A DNA stretch of 64,000 nucleotides from an uncultured Gammaproteobacteria bacterium (GCA_963752875.1 CAVWAH010000011.1:121761-185760), one strand, 5' to 3'. Positions 17,284-27,386 are shown, counted from the first letter of the stretch. The notes: a model not told the origin generated them from the sequence alone. Program-made: numbers and translations.

Positions 17284-18971
17284 TGACTTCTACTCTCGCC
17301 GATCTTGAAAACCGGCTGGCGGCCGTTGAGCGACGCCTCGCCTCGCTTGAGGGCGGTGCTGATGAAGTGCGCCAGATCGAACGAGAGGCTGCGGCGCCCA
17401 GACTTGATGGTGGCTTCGCTACCAATGCGTCGACGCATGTCGGGCGGGTCCTCCTTATCTTTGGCGGAGCCTACTTGCTGCGCGCCATCACCGACTATGA
17501 GTTTGTTCCCAAGGCTGTTGGTCTGCTCATGGGTGCGATTTACGCTGTCTTCTGGTTGTTCATGTCATATCGCAAGGGCCGGTTGGAGTCGCAGCGCACC
17601 GATGCAGCGTTTTTTGGTGGAACATCCATCGTATTGACGCTTCCGCTACTCCACGAGGCGACGACGAAATTCGAATTGCTGTCCGGTGTGCAAGGCATCG
17701 TCCTGCTCCTGATCTACTGCACGCTGGTGATGATGGTAGCGATCGTACACAACCAGAAAGTCCTGGCCTGGATGGTCACGGCAGGTGGAATCGCTACAGC
17801 TACGGCATCTCTGGTTGCGTCGCACAATGCGGTATCTGTAGCGGCCTTCCTGCTCGTTCTTGGCGTCGGGTCACTTCTGGCTGAATACAGGCGGGAGTGG
17901 CTGGGGTTGCGCTGGCTCGGCGCAGCCGGTGCAAATCTTGGAGTACTAGCCATTGTTGCTCTGTCAAACAGCGATCGCTGGTCGATAGATCCCCGGCTGC
18001 CGTTCATTTTTGCCGTCGTATTGTTGGCGATATACCTGTCCAGCTTTACGTATCACTCGCACATTCGCGATCAGCTGTTAGGCTTTTTCGAGACCCTACA
18101 AGCTTTGATTGCTGTTGGAATCGTGATCGGTGCTGCGAGTATGGCGGTCCAGGGCGGTCAGCTGGGAATCGCAACCGCCGGCATGCTGAGCCTGGTGCTC
18201 GGCATCGGCGGCTATGCCCTGGCAACCACCAGGGGCACCCGTGAGCTGCGCTATCGCAACTTCTTCTATTACTCGACACTCGGCCTGATATTCGTCGTGG
18301 CAGGTACCGGATTGCTCCTGCCTCTGGTTTGGGCTGCCGTTGTCTGGGCTGCTATGGCTGTCATGATGGCCTGGTTTAGTGGTCGGAGTGGCTGGGTCAG
18401 CCTGAGTCTGCAATGTACGTTTCTCCTGTTGGCTGCGGGAATTGGCTGCGGATTGCTGGCCACTGGACTGAAGGCGCTGGCCGGCGACCCGGCCAATGGC
18501 TGGCCGGTGTTCATGTACTCGCACGTTGCCGTTGCCGTGGCGACTGTTGCATGCCTGTTCATTCCTGTGGCACAAAAATCGGAGCGCTGGGGTGTCCTCG
18601 CCGGACTGCCGCAGCTTGTTGTGCTGGCGTTGTCCGTCTGGGAGGTCGGTGGCCTGATCGTAGTCTACGGCTCGATCCTGCTTGCCGGCGCGGATGGGAC
18701 CGAGATAGACCGCGCCGTGCTTGCCGCGCTGCGCACGGCAGTATTGTCAACCGCGTCGGTGACGCTGGCCCTGTCGAGTCAGCACTGGCGCTGGCCGGAG
18801 GCGCGTTGGCTCGTTTACCCGGTACTGGTATTGGTGGGGATTAAGCTGTTCCTCGAGGACTTTCCCAACGGCCAGCCGGCCAGCCTGTTCGTGGCACTGG
18901 CATTCGTCGGGAGCGCATTGCTACTCGTTGCGCCAATATTGAAGCGTGACGATAATCCGCCCGGCACCTAG
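17283..18971 (+). CDS. large polytopic membrane protein with N-terminal coiled-coil (DUF2339-like)
   Basis: The GTG start shares one nucleotide with the nrfD-like TAG (TAGTG). N-terminus LADLENRLAAVERRLASLEG, followed by about 15 hydrophobic helices. The family assignment is from memory of the DUF2339 pattern. Confidence 0.55.
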   Translation: MTSTLADLENRLAAVERRLASLEGGADEVRQIEREAAAPRLDGGFATNASTHVGRVLLIFGGAYLLRAITDYEFVPKAVGLLMGAIYAVFWLFMSYRKGRLESQRTDAAFFGGTSIVLTLPLLHEATTKFELLSGVQGIVLLLIYCTLVMMVAIVHNQKVLAWMVTAGGIATATASLVASHNAVSVAAFLLVLGVGSLLAEYRREWLGLRWLGAAGANLGVLAIVALSNSDRWSIDPRLPFIFAVVLLAIYLSSFTYHSHIRDQLLGFFETLQALIAVGIVIGAASMAVQGGQLGIATAGMLSLVLGIGGYALATTRGTRELRYRNFFYYSTLGLIFVVAGTGLLLPLVWAAVVWAAMAVMMAWFSGRSGWVSLSLQCTFLLLAAGIGCGLLATGLKALAGDPANGWPVFMYSHVAVAVATVACLFIPVAQKSERWGVLAGLPQLVVLALSVWEVGGLIVVYGSILLAGADGTEIDRAVLAALRTAVLSTASVTLALSSQHWRWPEARWLVYPVLVLVGIKLFLEDFPNGQPASLFVALAFVGSALLLVAPILKRDDNPPGT

Positions 18972-19372
18972 CTCGTAGAGAGAACCTCAAGTGCGCGTAG
19001 CACGTCGCGACGACTGATCTGACCGACAAGCCGGTTGTTATCGGTGACAGGGAAACGCCGGTAGCCCTTGTCGATGAATATCTGTGCCAGATCGACGATG
19101 CTCATCTCGGCATTAACCGTTTTCACGCCTTCCGACATGTAGTCACGGACGGGGCCGCCGTAGGCGCTGTGATATCCCGCCTGTAGTGCGACCTTCAAGC
19201 AGTCGAGTTCCGACAGCATACCGACCAGGTTGCCTTCGTCATCGACGACGGGCGCACCTGCGATGCGATTCTTAACGAGCACGTGCACTGCATCGAGCAC
19301 CGGGGTATCGGGCTTAAAGGTAACGAGCGTCTTGGCCATGTAGTCTTTTACGAGACAGGACTTGATATTCAT
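18968..19372 (-). CDS. CBS-domain pair protein
   Basis: Likely start MNIKSCLVKDYM at 19372 (ATGA overlap with nqrM); the track start at 19429 is an extension. Two CBS repeats (IAGAPVVDDEGNLVGMLS; RRFPVTDNNRLVGQISRRDVL). Confidence 0.8.
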   Translation of the reverse strand: MNIKSCLVKDYMAKTLVTFKPDTPVLDAVHVLVKNRIAGAPVVDDEGNLVGMLSELDCLKVALQAGYHSAYGGPVRDYMSEGVKTVNAEMSIVDLAQIFIDKGYRRFPVTDNNRLVGQISRRDVLRALEVLSTS

Positions 19373-19569
19373 GTTGCTTCTCCGTCCGCGCCTTTGCGCT
19401 TCTTGCGGCAGTTGCCTTTGCCGCTGCATAGTTCACAGCCACCCCCATTGAGGCCGCCGCAGCTGCCACTGATCGCTTTGCGTCCGTTCATGACACCAAC
19501 ACTCATGCCCGTAATCACGAGCAGGATGATGATGAAGCTAAACAACAGGGTGGTCATGATCATATTCAT
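19369..19569 (-). CDS. nqrM: (Na+)-NQR maturation protein NqrM (DUF539)
   Basis: 66 aa: one TM helix, then GSCGG...C..C...C and a basic tail. Positioned directly downstream of apbE in the nqr operon. Confidence 0.75.
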   Translation of the reverse strand: MNMIMTTLLFSFIIILLVITGMSVGVMNGRKAISGSCGGLNGGGCELCSGKGNCRKKRKGADGEAT

Positions 19570-20585
19570 TGTGTCATCAGTCTATCGAATTCCGGTGTCG
19601 AAATTTCATGTATGTCCGTCTTGTTACGCACGAGGAAGTATCCGGCGATGTCGAGCTTTCTCGCCAGGGCAGGACCGGCCTCGGGGCCAAGCACGAGCAG
19701 GGCAGTCGCCATCGCGTCAGCGTAGGCGGCCGATGGATCAACAACGGTCACGGCCGCGAGGTCGTGCGTAACTGGCCGTCCGGTACGCGCATCAATCGTG
19801 TGCGAGTAATTGTTGTCGTCATGCGTGAAATAGTTGCGGTAGTCGCCGGAGGTTGCAACGCTCGTATCCGTTACTCGCAAAACGGCATGCGGCACGCGCT
19901 TTGACGTCGACGGAGCCTCAATCGCGATCGCCCATTTGCGGCTTTCGCTATTGATTCCCTTGACGCGAATTTCGCCACCAATTTCTACGAGGTAGTTAAC
20001 GATACCGCGAGCGTCCAGCAGTTCGGCGAGCTGGTCGACGGCGTAGCCCTTGGCCCAGCCCGACAGGTCGACATACAAGTCAGGGACGTCCTTGCGCACC
20101 AGGCGCTCGTTGCAATCGGCTTCCAACATGTCGAAGCCGACCCTGTGCTGTGCTGCCGCAATATCGGCGGCAGACGGCGGTTCAACGATCTGGCCATCGG
20201 GCCCGAAGCCCCACAGATTGACGAGCGGCCCTATCGTCAGGTCGAAGGCTCCGTCAGTTGTCTTGCTGATATCCAGCGAGCTTTCGAGCAGTTCACAAAA
20301 CGCTGCCGATACGGGTATCCAGTCTATGGAATAGTCCACGTTAAAAGCGGCGAGTTCAGAATCGTCCCGCCAGGTTGAAGCCAGCAGGTCGACTGTCTGC
20401 AGTGCCGCGACGAGCTCGCTCTCGAGCGCATCCGTAGCAACCGCGTCCGTCGGCTCGACCAGCACGACCTTGAATGTCGTACCCATTGCCGAGCCCGTCA
20501 ATTCCAGTTGCGGCAGTCGAGCGTCGCCACAGGCACCGAGCGCCAGTGCGGGCAACAACAGCAGGAGTTGACGGAGACGCATCAA
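19566..20585 (-). CDS. apbE: FAD:protein FMN transferase ApbE (lipoprotein)
   Basis: Lipobox LALGAC, ApbE family pattern, and the position immediately after nqrF. Confidence 0.9.
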   Translation of the reverse strand: MMRLRQLLLLLPALALGACGDARLPQLELTGSAMGTTFKVVLVEPTDAVATDALESELVAALQTVDLLASTWRDDSELAAFNVDYSIDWIPVSAAFCELLESSLDISKTTDGAFDLTIGPLVNLWGFGPDGQIVEPPSAADIAAAQHRVGFDMLEADCNERLVRKDVPDLYVDLSGWAKGYAVDQLAELLDARGIVNYLVEIGGEIRVKGINSESRKWAIAIEAPSTSKRVPHAVLRVTDTSVATSGDYRNYFTHDDNNYSHTIDARTGRPVTHDLAAVTVVDPSAAYADAMATALLVLGPEAGPALARKLDIAGYFLVRNKTDIHEISTPEFDRLMTQ

Positions 20586-21830
20586 CTAGCCGCCGAAGTC
20601 ATCCAGCAGGATGTTCTCTTTCTGCACACCGAGACTGTCGAGCATCTTGATAACGGCCGTGTTCATCATCGGCGGTCCACAGAGGTAGTACTCGCAATCT
20701 TCGGGGGCCTTGTGCTTGGACAGATACTCGTCATACAGGACCTGGTGGATAAAACCTGTCAGGCCGTCCCAATTGTCCTCGGGCTGCGGCTCCGAAAGTG
20801 CCAGGTGCCAGACGAAGTTGTCATTTTTCTCCGCCAGCTCGTCAAACTCTTCGGCGTAGAACATCTCTTTGAGGCTGCGGGCGCCGTACCAGAATGACAT
20901 CTTGCGTGTACCGTGGCGCCGCTTCAATTGATCGAAGATGTGTGCGCGCATCGGCGCCATGCCGGCGCCGCCGCCAATGAAGACCATCTCGTTGTCTGTT
21001 TCCTTGGCAAAGAACTCGCCATATGGCCCTGAAATGACAGTGTGGTCACCCGGCTTCAGGTTGAAGATATAAGACGACATGATGCCCGGCGGTATCGAAT
21101 CGTCGGCGCCGGGTGGTGGCGTTGCGATGCGTACGCACAACTTGATCAAGGTTTTCTCGAGCGGGTAACTCGCCATCGAGTAGGCGCGCATGTCCGCTTT
21201 CTTTACGTGTGACTCGTAGCGCCACAAATCGTATTTGTCCCACTCGTCACGGAATCTCTCATCGATATCGAAGTCCGCGTACTTGAGATCGTGCGGTGGG
21301 CACTCGATCTGGATATAGCCGCCGGCTCTAAACTCCAGTTCCTCACCCTCCGGCAATGCGACGACCAGTTCCTTGATGAAACTCGAGACGTTGCGGTTCG
21401 AGATGACTTCGCAGTCGTAGCGCTTGACGCCGAATACTTCGTCGGCGACCTGGACTTCCATGTCCTGCTTCACCGCAACCTGGCAGGCGAGCCGGAAGTG
21501 ATCGGTAGCGTCCCGTTTGTTGATGACCGACGTTTCAGTCGGCAGGATAGCGCCGCCACCCGACAGTACACGCACGCGGCACTGTCCGCAGGTGCCGCCA
21601 CCGCCACAGGCCGAGGGCACGAACAGGTCGTTATCGGCAAGACTCTGCATGAGCTTGCCGCCAACGGGAATCGCGAGTTCGAGCTCGTCGTTGACGACGA
21701 CCTTGACGTTGCCCGTTGCAACCAGCTTGGAGCGAGCAGCCAGAATGACGAATGCGAGAATCAGGACGATTGCCGTGAAGAGGCAGACGCCCAGTAGTAC
21801 TTCCTGCAATACAGCAGAGTCGATGTTCAC
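20586..21830 (-). CDS. nqrF: Na+-translocating NADH:quinone oxidoreductase subunit F
   Basis: N-terminal TM helix, 2Fe-2S motif [10 protein letters not shown], and a FAD/NADH-binding domain. Confidence 0.95.
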   Translation of the reverse strand: MNIDSAVLQEVLLGVCLFTAIVLILAFVILAARSKLVATGNVKVVVNDELELAIPVGGKLMQSLADNDLFVPSACGGGGTCGQCRVRVLSGGGAILPTETSVINKRDATDHFRLACQVAVKQDMEVQVADEVFGVKRYDCEVISNRNVSSFIKELVVALPEGEELEFRAGGYIQIECPPHDLKYADFDIDERFRDEWDKYDLWRYESHVKKADMRAYSMASYPLEKTLIKLCVRIATPPPGADDSIPPGIMSSYIFNLKPGDHTVISGPYGEFFAKETDNEMVFIGGGAGMAPMRAHIFDQLKRRHGTRKMSFWYGARSLKEMFYAEEFDELAEKNDNFVWHLALSEPQPEDNWDGLTGFIHQVLYDEYLSKHKAPEDCEYYLCGPPMMNTAVIKMLDSLGVQKENILLDDFGG

Positions 21831-21831
21831 G

Positions 21832-22434
21832 TTAGATCCCCGAAAAGCCCATGAAGCTCAGCGACATGAGGCCGACGATGATGAATGCGATGCCGAGTCC
21901 CTGCAGACCGTCAGGGACATCCGAATATTTGAGTTTCTCGCGAATGCCCGCGAGCGCGATCAGCGCTATCGCCCAGCCCGCGCCACTGCCGATGCCGTAG
22001 ACGACGGACTCGGGCAGGTTGTACTGGCGTTCGACCATGAACAACGTGCCGCCGAGAATGGCGCAGTTCACGGTGATGAGCGGCAGGAAAATGCCGAGCG
22101 CGTTGTACAGCTTCGGGAAGAAGCGATCGAGCGTCATCTCGAGTATCTGGACGAGCGCCGCAATTACGCCGATGTAGCTGACGAGCCCCAGGAAACTCAG
22201 GTCGACGTCAGGCAGGCCGGCCCAGGCCAGTGCTCCGTCCGAGAGCAGATACTTGAATATCAGGTGATTGACCGGAACGGTAATGACCTGGATCACAATG
22301 ACTGCGACACCGAGACCGATAGCCGTTTCAACGCGCTTGGATACCGCGAGGAACGTGCACATGCCGAGGAAGAAGGCGAGTGCGAGGTTCTCGACAAAGG
22401 CCGCTTTGACGAAGAGGCTTACATAGGCTTCCAT
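21832..22434 (-). CDS. nqrE: Na+-NQR subunit E
   Basis: 200-aa Rnf/Nqr-type polytopic protein in operon order. Confidence 0.95.
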   Translation of the reverse strand: MEAYVSLFVKAAFVENLALAFFLGMCTFLAVSKRVETAIGLGVAVIVIQVITVPVNHLIFKYLLSDGALAWAGLPDVDLSFLGLVSYIGVIAALVQILEMTLDRFFPKLYNALGIFLPLITVNCAILGGTLFMVERQYNLPESVVYGIGSGAGWAIALIALAGIREKLKYSDVPDGLQGLGIAFIIVGLMSLSFMGFSGI

Positions 22435-23093
22435 CAGTAGACCTCCGTCCGGTGGACTTCATGAATCTGGTAGTCAGGTTTTTCGACCTGCTGTTTGCGC
22501 CAGGTACGAATGCCCCAGATCAACAGGCCAATGATGAAGAACGCGCTCGGCGGCAGCAGCATCAGGCCATTGGCCTCATACCAACCGCCGTTCGAGGTCA
22601 GCTCAAGCACCGGGAAACCCAGCAATGTGCCCGCGCCGAACAACTCGCGCAGTGTTGCTACAGCGATCAGGATGATGCTGTAACCGAGCCCGTTGCCGAG
22701 GCCATCGACAAAACTCATGACCACGCCATTCTTCATGGCGAAGGCCTCTGCACGACCCAGAACGATGCAGTTGGTGATGATCAACCCGACGAAGACTGAC
22801 AATTGCTTGCTGGTCTCGAACGCATAGGCTTTCAGGAGTTGATCAACCAGGATAACGAGCGACGCGATGATCGTCATATGGACGATGATCCGAATGTTGT
22901 TCGGGATCCGGTGACGTAGCGCGCTGATAGCCGCGCCGGCGAGCGCCGCGACACTGGTCAGTGCGACACACATCAGAAGGGCAGGCAGCAGGGACGTCGT
23001 AACCGCCAGCGCCGAGCAAATGCCCAGCATCTGCAGCGTGACCGGGTTGTTGTCGACCAGGGGGTCGATCAGTACTTTGCGTGCTTCACTCAT
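22434..23093 (-). CDS. nqrD: Na+-NQR subunit D
   Basis: 219-aa Rnf/Nqr-type polytopic protein in operon order. Confidence 0.95.
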   Translation of the reverse strand: MSEARKVLIDPLVDNNPVTLQMLGICSALAVTTSLLPALLMCVALTSVAALAGAAISALRHRIPNNIRIIVHMTIIASLVILVDQLLKAYAFETSKQLSVFVGLIITNCIVLGRAEAFAMKNGVVMSFVDGLGNGLGYSIILIAVATLRELFGAGTLLGFPVLELTSNGGWYEANGLMLLPPSAFFIIGLLIWGIRTWRKQQVEKPDYQIHEVHRTEVY

Positions 23094-23843
23094 TTAGCCA
23101 GCCTCACGGAAATTCTTCAGGTACGGGCCGAAACCGTGCGGTCCGGTCCAGTATCGGACCAGTCCGCTTACGCCATTGCCCGTCAGCGTCGCGCCGGACA
23201 TGCCATCAATCAGGTGCTGTGAATTCGGTGCGCCAGCGGGCACGGGGCCGCGTATAACGCGAATCTGTGGCTCATCCCCGCTGCCGTACACCTGCTTTCC
23301 TACCCAGAGGGCGCGCCATGGCTCCTTGTCGATCTGGTCGCCGAGGCCCGGTGTTTCGGCATGCGCGTAGAAGCGCAAACCCTTAATCGTGTTGCCGTCC
23401 GGTGCCACGGCCAGGTAGCCGAGCATCGTGGACCAGAGACCCTTGCCATAGACTGGCAGAATGATCTGTTCGAGGTTGTCGCCGTCTTTAACGAGATAGA
23501 CGGGCACGTATTGCGAGCGCTGCCCGATTCCCGCGACATCCAGGTCATCGGGAATGGCGACGGTGAGCTCCAGGTCGACGTCGTCGACGTAGTCGCCGGT
23601 TTCCAGGTCGACTGTGCGTGGTTCGATCGCTTCGAACAGGGCATTGATGTCACCGCCGGGCTCCATGAGACCCGCAACATCGAGAATGATCTGCTGCCGG
23701 AACCGTTCCTCGTTCTGCACTTGTATTGGCTTCAACACGATCGCGGCACTCGAGACGATGATCGAGCAAACCAGGCTGAGCCCGACTGCAATGATCAGCG
23801 TGTTGGAAATGCTGTCGCGGTCAAATTGTTTCTTGTCAGACAT
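23094..23843 (-). CDS. nqrC: Na+-NQR subunit C
   Basis: N-terminal TM helix and the FMN attachment motif SGATLT. Confidence 0.95.
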   Translation of the reverse strand: MSDKKQFDRDSISNTLIIAVGLSLVCSIIVSSAAIVLKPIQVQNEERFRQQIILDVAGLMEPGGDINALFEAIEPRTVDLETGDYVDDVDLELTVAIPDDLDVAGIGQRSQYVPVYLVKDGDNLEQIILPVYGKGLWSTMLGYLAVAPDGNTIKGLRFYAHAETPGLGDQIDKEPWRALWVGKQVYGSGDEPQIRVIRGPVPAGAPNSQHLIDGMSGATLTGNGVSGLVRYWTGPHGFGPYLKNFREAG

Positions 23844-25044
23844 TGCGTTTCAGCCTCCGTTTGACGTTTGCGCGCACGACAAAGTGATCGATGACGGGCG
23901 CAAACACGTTGGCAAACAGGATGGCGAGCATGATGCCCTCCGGGAACGCCGGGTTAACGACGCGTATCAACCAGGTCATAAAACCGATCAGGAAGCCGAA
24001 TACCCACTTGCCGGTATTCGTCTGGGCAGCGCTGACGGGATCGGTCGCCATAAAGACGGCGCCGAAGGCGAATCCGCCGAGCGTGACGTGCCAGTACCAG
24101 GGGATGGATATCATCGTGTTGCTGCTCTCGGGGTTGCCGAACAACAGCGTCGGTATGATCAGGCCGGCCAGGACCGCGACGATGATGCGCCACGACGCAA
24201 TACGCGTGAAGACGAGGATCACGGCGCCGATCAGGCAGGCAAGGGCTGACGTTTCACCGAACGAGCCTTGCATCTGGCCAACGAAGGACTGCATCCAGGT
24301 AATGCCCATGGCCGTGATTCCCTGCATGCCTTCGATAGCGCCAACACCCAGCGCTGTTGCGCCACTGAATCCGTCGACCGGGGTCCAGACAGCGTCACCG
24401 GATATCTGCGCCGGATAGGCAAAGTACAGGAATGCGCGTGCGACGAGTGCCGGGTTCAGGAAGTTCTTGCCGGTACCACCGAACACTTCCTTACCGATGA
24501 TGACGCCGAACGTGATGCCGACGGCAACCTGCCACAAGGGTATCGTTGCCGGGACGATCAGCGCGAACAGGAAACCGGTTACAAAGAAGCCTTCGTTAAC
24601 TTCGTGGTTGCGAATGCCCGAGAACAGGACCTCCCAGCCCAGGCCGACCACCATGGTGGTGACGTAGATAGGCAGGAAATACAGTGCGCCCTGGAGGAAA
24701 CAGTCATAGATGCTCGCAGGATCGTACCCGGCACCCAGGAGCGGCAGTACAGCACCACGCCAGCCTTCAATACCGACAAGGCCGAGGCTCTGCAGCGCCA
24801 CGTTTGCGTGGTAGCCGGTATTCCACATGCCGAACAATGCGGCGGGCGTGGCGGCGATCACGACGATGATCATGACGCGCTTCAGGTCGATCGCGTCGCG
24901 GACGTGCGGCGCGCTGCGGGTCAGGTCCGCCGGCGAGTAAAGAAATGTGTCGACGGCTTCGAACAGTGCATGAAAGCGTTCGAAACGGCCGCCCTGGGTG
25001 AACAGGGGCTCGAGGTTGTCGAGGTAGGAACGTAATTTCTTCAT
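23836..25044 (-). CDS. nqrB: Na+-NQR subunit B
   Basis: Polytopic protein with the FMN attachment motif FSGATALG. Confidence 0.95.
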   Translation of the reverse strand: MKKLRSYLDNLEPLFTQGGRFERFHALFEAVDTFLYSPADLTRSAPHVRDAIDLKRVMIIVVIAATPAALFGMWNTGYHANVALQSLGLVGIEGWRGAVLPLLGAGYDPASIYDCFLQGALYFLPIYVTTMVVGLGWEVLFSGIRNHEVNEGFFVTGFLFALIVPATIPLWQVAVGITFGVIIGKEVFGGTGKNFLNPALVARAFLYFAYPAQISGDAVWTPVDGFSGATALGVGAIEGMQGITAMGITWMQSFVGQMQGSFGETSALACLIGAVILVFTRIASWRIIVAVLAGLIIPTLLFGNPESSNTMISIPWYWHVTLGGFAFGAVFMATDPVSAAQTNTGKWVFGFLIGFMTWLIRVVNPAFPEGIMLAILFANVFAPVIDHFVVRANVKRRLKRNV

Positions 25045-26390
25045 CAGCCGTTCACCTCGATCTCGTGGAGGTTTTTCCTGAGATGCAGGCCATACTGGTA
25101 TTTGCCATTACAAACAAAAGAACAAAGGGCCAGGTCTTCCTCGTCCAGTTCGAGGCAACCGAGGTCCCGTGCATGGTCCGTGTCGCGAACGATCAGCGCT
25201 TTTAGCAGCGGCGTCGGCAGGACATCGAGAGGCATGACCTGCTCGAAACTGCCGATCGAAACCATGGCGCGGGCACTGCCGTTTTGCGACGTGGTCATGA
25301 GGTAGTCGCTGAGTCCGAGCAACCTGCCTGCAAATGCCCTGGCGGCGGAATACTTGCCGAATCCGGGCCGCAAGAACGAGAGGAACTCGCGCGGGTTGCC
25401 ATCCTGTAACACGGCCAGTTGCACGTCATAGCGACCGAGGTAAGCGGCCCAGCCGGCGGCGCGGTGGCCTCTGAGAACCGAGCCAGCCACGACGCGAACG
25501 TTGCCGCTTTTCGTTTCGCCCCTGATCAACTCGCCGGTGTTTGCACCCAGGCGGGTCACGATGAGGCGTGGATCATTCACCATGGGGCCCGCAAGAGAGA
25601 TGACCCTGTCAACGGGCAGGCGTCCACTCGTGAAGAGCTTGCCGATCGCGATGACATCCTGGTAGCCGATGTGCCAGACAATTTTTTGTTCGCTGACCGG
25701 ATCCAGGAAGTGGATGTGTGTACCGACGAGTCCGGCAGGATGTGGTCCCGAGAACTCTGCGTACCTGATCTGTTCGCCGTCCGGGCCGCTGATGTCCGAG
25801 CCAGCTGCCGAACAGACGTAGACCGGACCCTCTGTGAGCTTCGCCAGAAGCTGAATACCCTGCGCGAAAGCAACCTTGTCCCGTTCGATAATTATGGCGG
25901 GATCGGGTGCGAGTGGGTTGGTATCGGTGGCTGTTACGAAAATTGCACGCGGGCTGGTCTTGCGACCCGGAATCTTGCTAAACGGACGCGTTCGCAACGT
26001 CGTCCACAGGCCCGATTTCAACAGGTTCTTGCGGACCTTCTCGTCGCCGAGGTCTGCCAGTTCATTCGCGGAATATTGTGGAAACTCGACGGCATCGTCA
26101 CCGTCCAGCTCAATAACCACAGACTGTAGAATTCGCCGTTCACCCCGGTTGATCGCCTTGACCACGCCGCTTCCGGGCGAGGTGAACTTGACGCCTTTGT
26201 TTTCCTTGTCCTTGAAAAGCGGCTGCCCGAGCTTCACGCGTTCGCCTTCCTCGACGAGCATGCCTGGCTTCAGGTCGTGGGTGTCGGGGCCGAGCAGAGC
26301 AACTGATGTGACGTCGGCGCCGCGGGATATCTTCTGATCCGGTTTTCCGGACAAGGGAATATCAAGGCCTTTCTTAATTTTGATATGCAT
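25044..26390 (-). CDS. nqrA: Na+-NQR subunit A
   Basis: 448 aa with the NqrA pattern; first gene of the nqrABCDEF order. Confidence 0.95.
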   Translation of the reverse strand: MHIKIKKGLDIPLSGKPDQKISRGADVTSVALLGPDTHDLKPGMLVEEGERVKLGQPLFKDKENKGVKFTSPGSGVVKAINRGERRILQSVVIELDGDDAVEFPQYSANELADLGDEKVRKNLLKSGLWTTLRTRPFSKIPGRKTSPRAIFVTATDTNPLAPDPAIIIERDKVAFAQGIQLLAKLTEGPVYVCSAAGSDISGPDGEQIRYAEFSGPHPAGLVGTHIHFLDPVSEQKIVWHIGYQDVIAIGKLFTSGRLPVDRVISLAGPMVNDPRLIVTRLGANTGELIRGETKSGNVRVVAGSVLRGHRAAGWAAYLGRYDVQLAVLQDGNPREFLSFLRPGFGKYSAARAFAGRLLGLSDYLMTTSQNGSARAMVSIGSFEQVMPLDVLPTPLLKALIVRDTDHARDLGCLELDEEDLALCSFVCNGKYQYGLHLRKNLHEIEVNG

Positions 26391-26405
26391 AGGTTTGGTC
26401 GCAGA

Positions 26406-27386
26406 TTAGAACCACAGGGCGAACAGGGCACAGCCGGCCAGCCAGATACAGCCGATCGTATGAATACCCAGCGTCGCTTCAATCGATTTCGTCATTGTGT
26501 CGCGGTCTTCCATACCGCCACGAATTCCCGCCGCGGCCTTCCAGCCAAGCGCCAGCAGGCCGATCGGCACCACGGGTGCCAGCAACGGCAGCGCGCCTTG
26601 CACGGCAAGCCATGTGACAGCCACAGCGGCCACGACGTGAATGGCGAAATACAGGTTTGCAGTCGCGGGCAGCCCGAGCCTGACTGGCAGCGTGTTCTTG
26701 CCACAGGCGCCGTCCGCTTCGATATCCGGAACTTCATTGATCAGCAGGATAGCCGCTACCCAGGCGCTGACCGGGATCGCGAACAGGAATAGCGGCAGGT
26801 CGATAGCTGCACCCTGCAACCAGGCTGCACCCGAGACAGGCAGGATGCCGAACGCAATCGCGACGGCCGTTTCGCCAAGACCCAGGGTGGCGAGCTTGAC
26901 GGGGCCCAGCGAGTAAAGGACGCCGAGTCCGATACCGATGATGCCGAACGTAATAACGGTCGGGCCTCGTTCGACATACAGGGCCAGGCCAGCCAGGGTC
27001 GCTATGACAATGAGCGTAATGCCGAGCTGCGCCATGCTCCGCTGTGACAGGATGCCGGTCTGGATAAAGCGCGACCCGCCAGTATATGGGTAGATTCGCT
27101 GTTCGTTCTGCGGGTCCGTACCAATAGCATCGTCGCCAACGTCATTGAGCACATTGCCCGCGGCATGGACGCAAACAGTCGCGATCAGCGCGAGAACAAA
27201 GACGTAGACGTTAAAGCCGCCGGACGCCCAGGCGCCCCAGGCCGAGCCGACGACTACCGGCAGAATGGATGCCGGGAAGAATTTTGGTCGGGTGGCGTGG
27301 AATGAGCGTTTGAGGCGTTGTTTGAATGAGTCGCCGGCAAACTCCTCCGGCACCGGGTTTAACGGTCGTGCTGATTCTGAAGACAT
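26406..27386 (-). CDS. menA: UbiA-superfamily prenyltransferase, MenA-like (1,4-dihydroxy-2-naphthoate polyprenyltransferase family)
   Basis: By-eye alignment to E. coli MenA: TRPKFFP ~ LRPKTLP, NVLNDVGDDAIGTD ~ NLANDYGDAVKGSD, LGLGETAV ~ IGLGDISV, and DIEADGACGKNTLPVRLG ~ DINSDRENGKNTLVVRLG. The gene ends 15 nt upstream of nqrA. Confidence 0.65.
   Translation of the reverse strand: MSSESARPLNPVPEEFAGDSFKQRLKRSFHATRPKFFPASILPVVVGSAWGAWASGGFNVYVFVLALIATVCVHAAGNVLNDVGDDAIGTDPQNEQRIYPYTGGSRFIQTGILSQRSMAQLGITLIVIATLAGLALYVERGPTVITFGIIGIGLGVLYSLGPVKLATLGLGETAVAIAFGILPVSGAAWLQGAAIDLPLFLFAIPVSAWVAAILLINEVPDIEADGACGKNTLPVRLGLPATANLYFAIHVVAAVAVTWLAVQGALPLLAPVVPIGLLALGWKAAAGIRGGMEDRDTMTKSIEATLGIHTIGCIWLAGCALFALWF

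Noticed and set aside
21291-26337. Long plus-strand ORFs (168-307 aa) across the nqr operon
   Set aside because: High-GC antisense shadows. The minus-strand frames carry unmistakable NqrA-F motifs.
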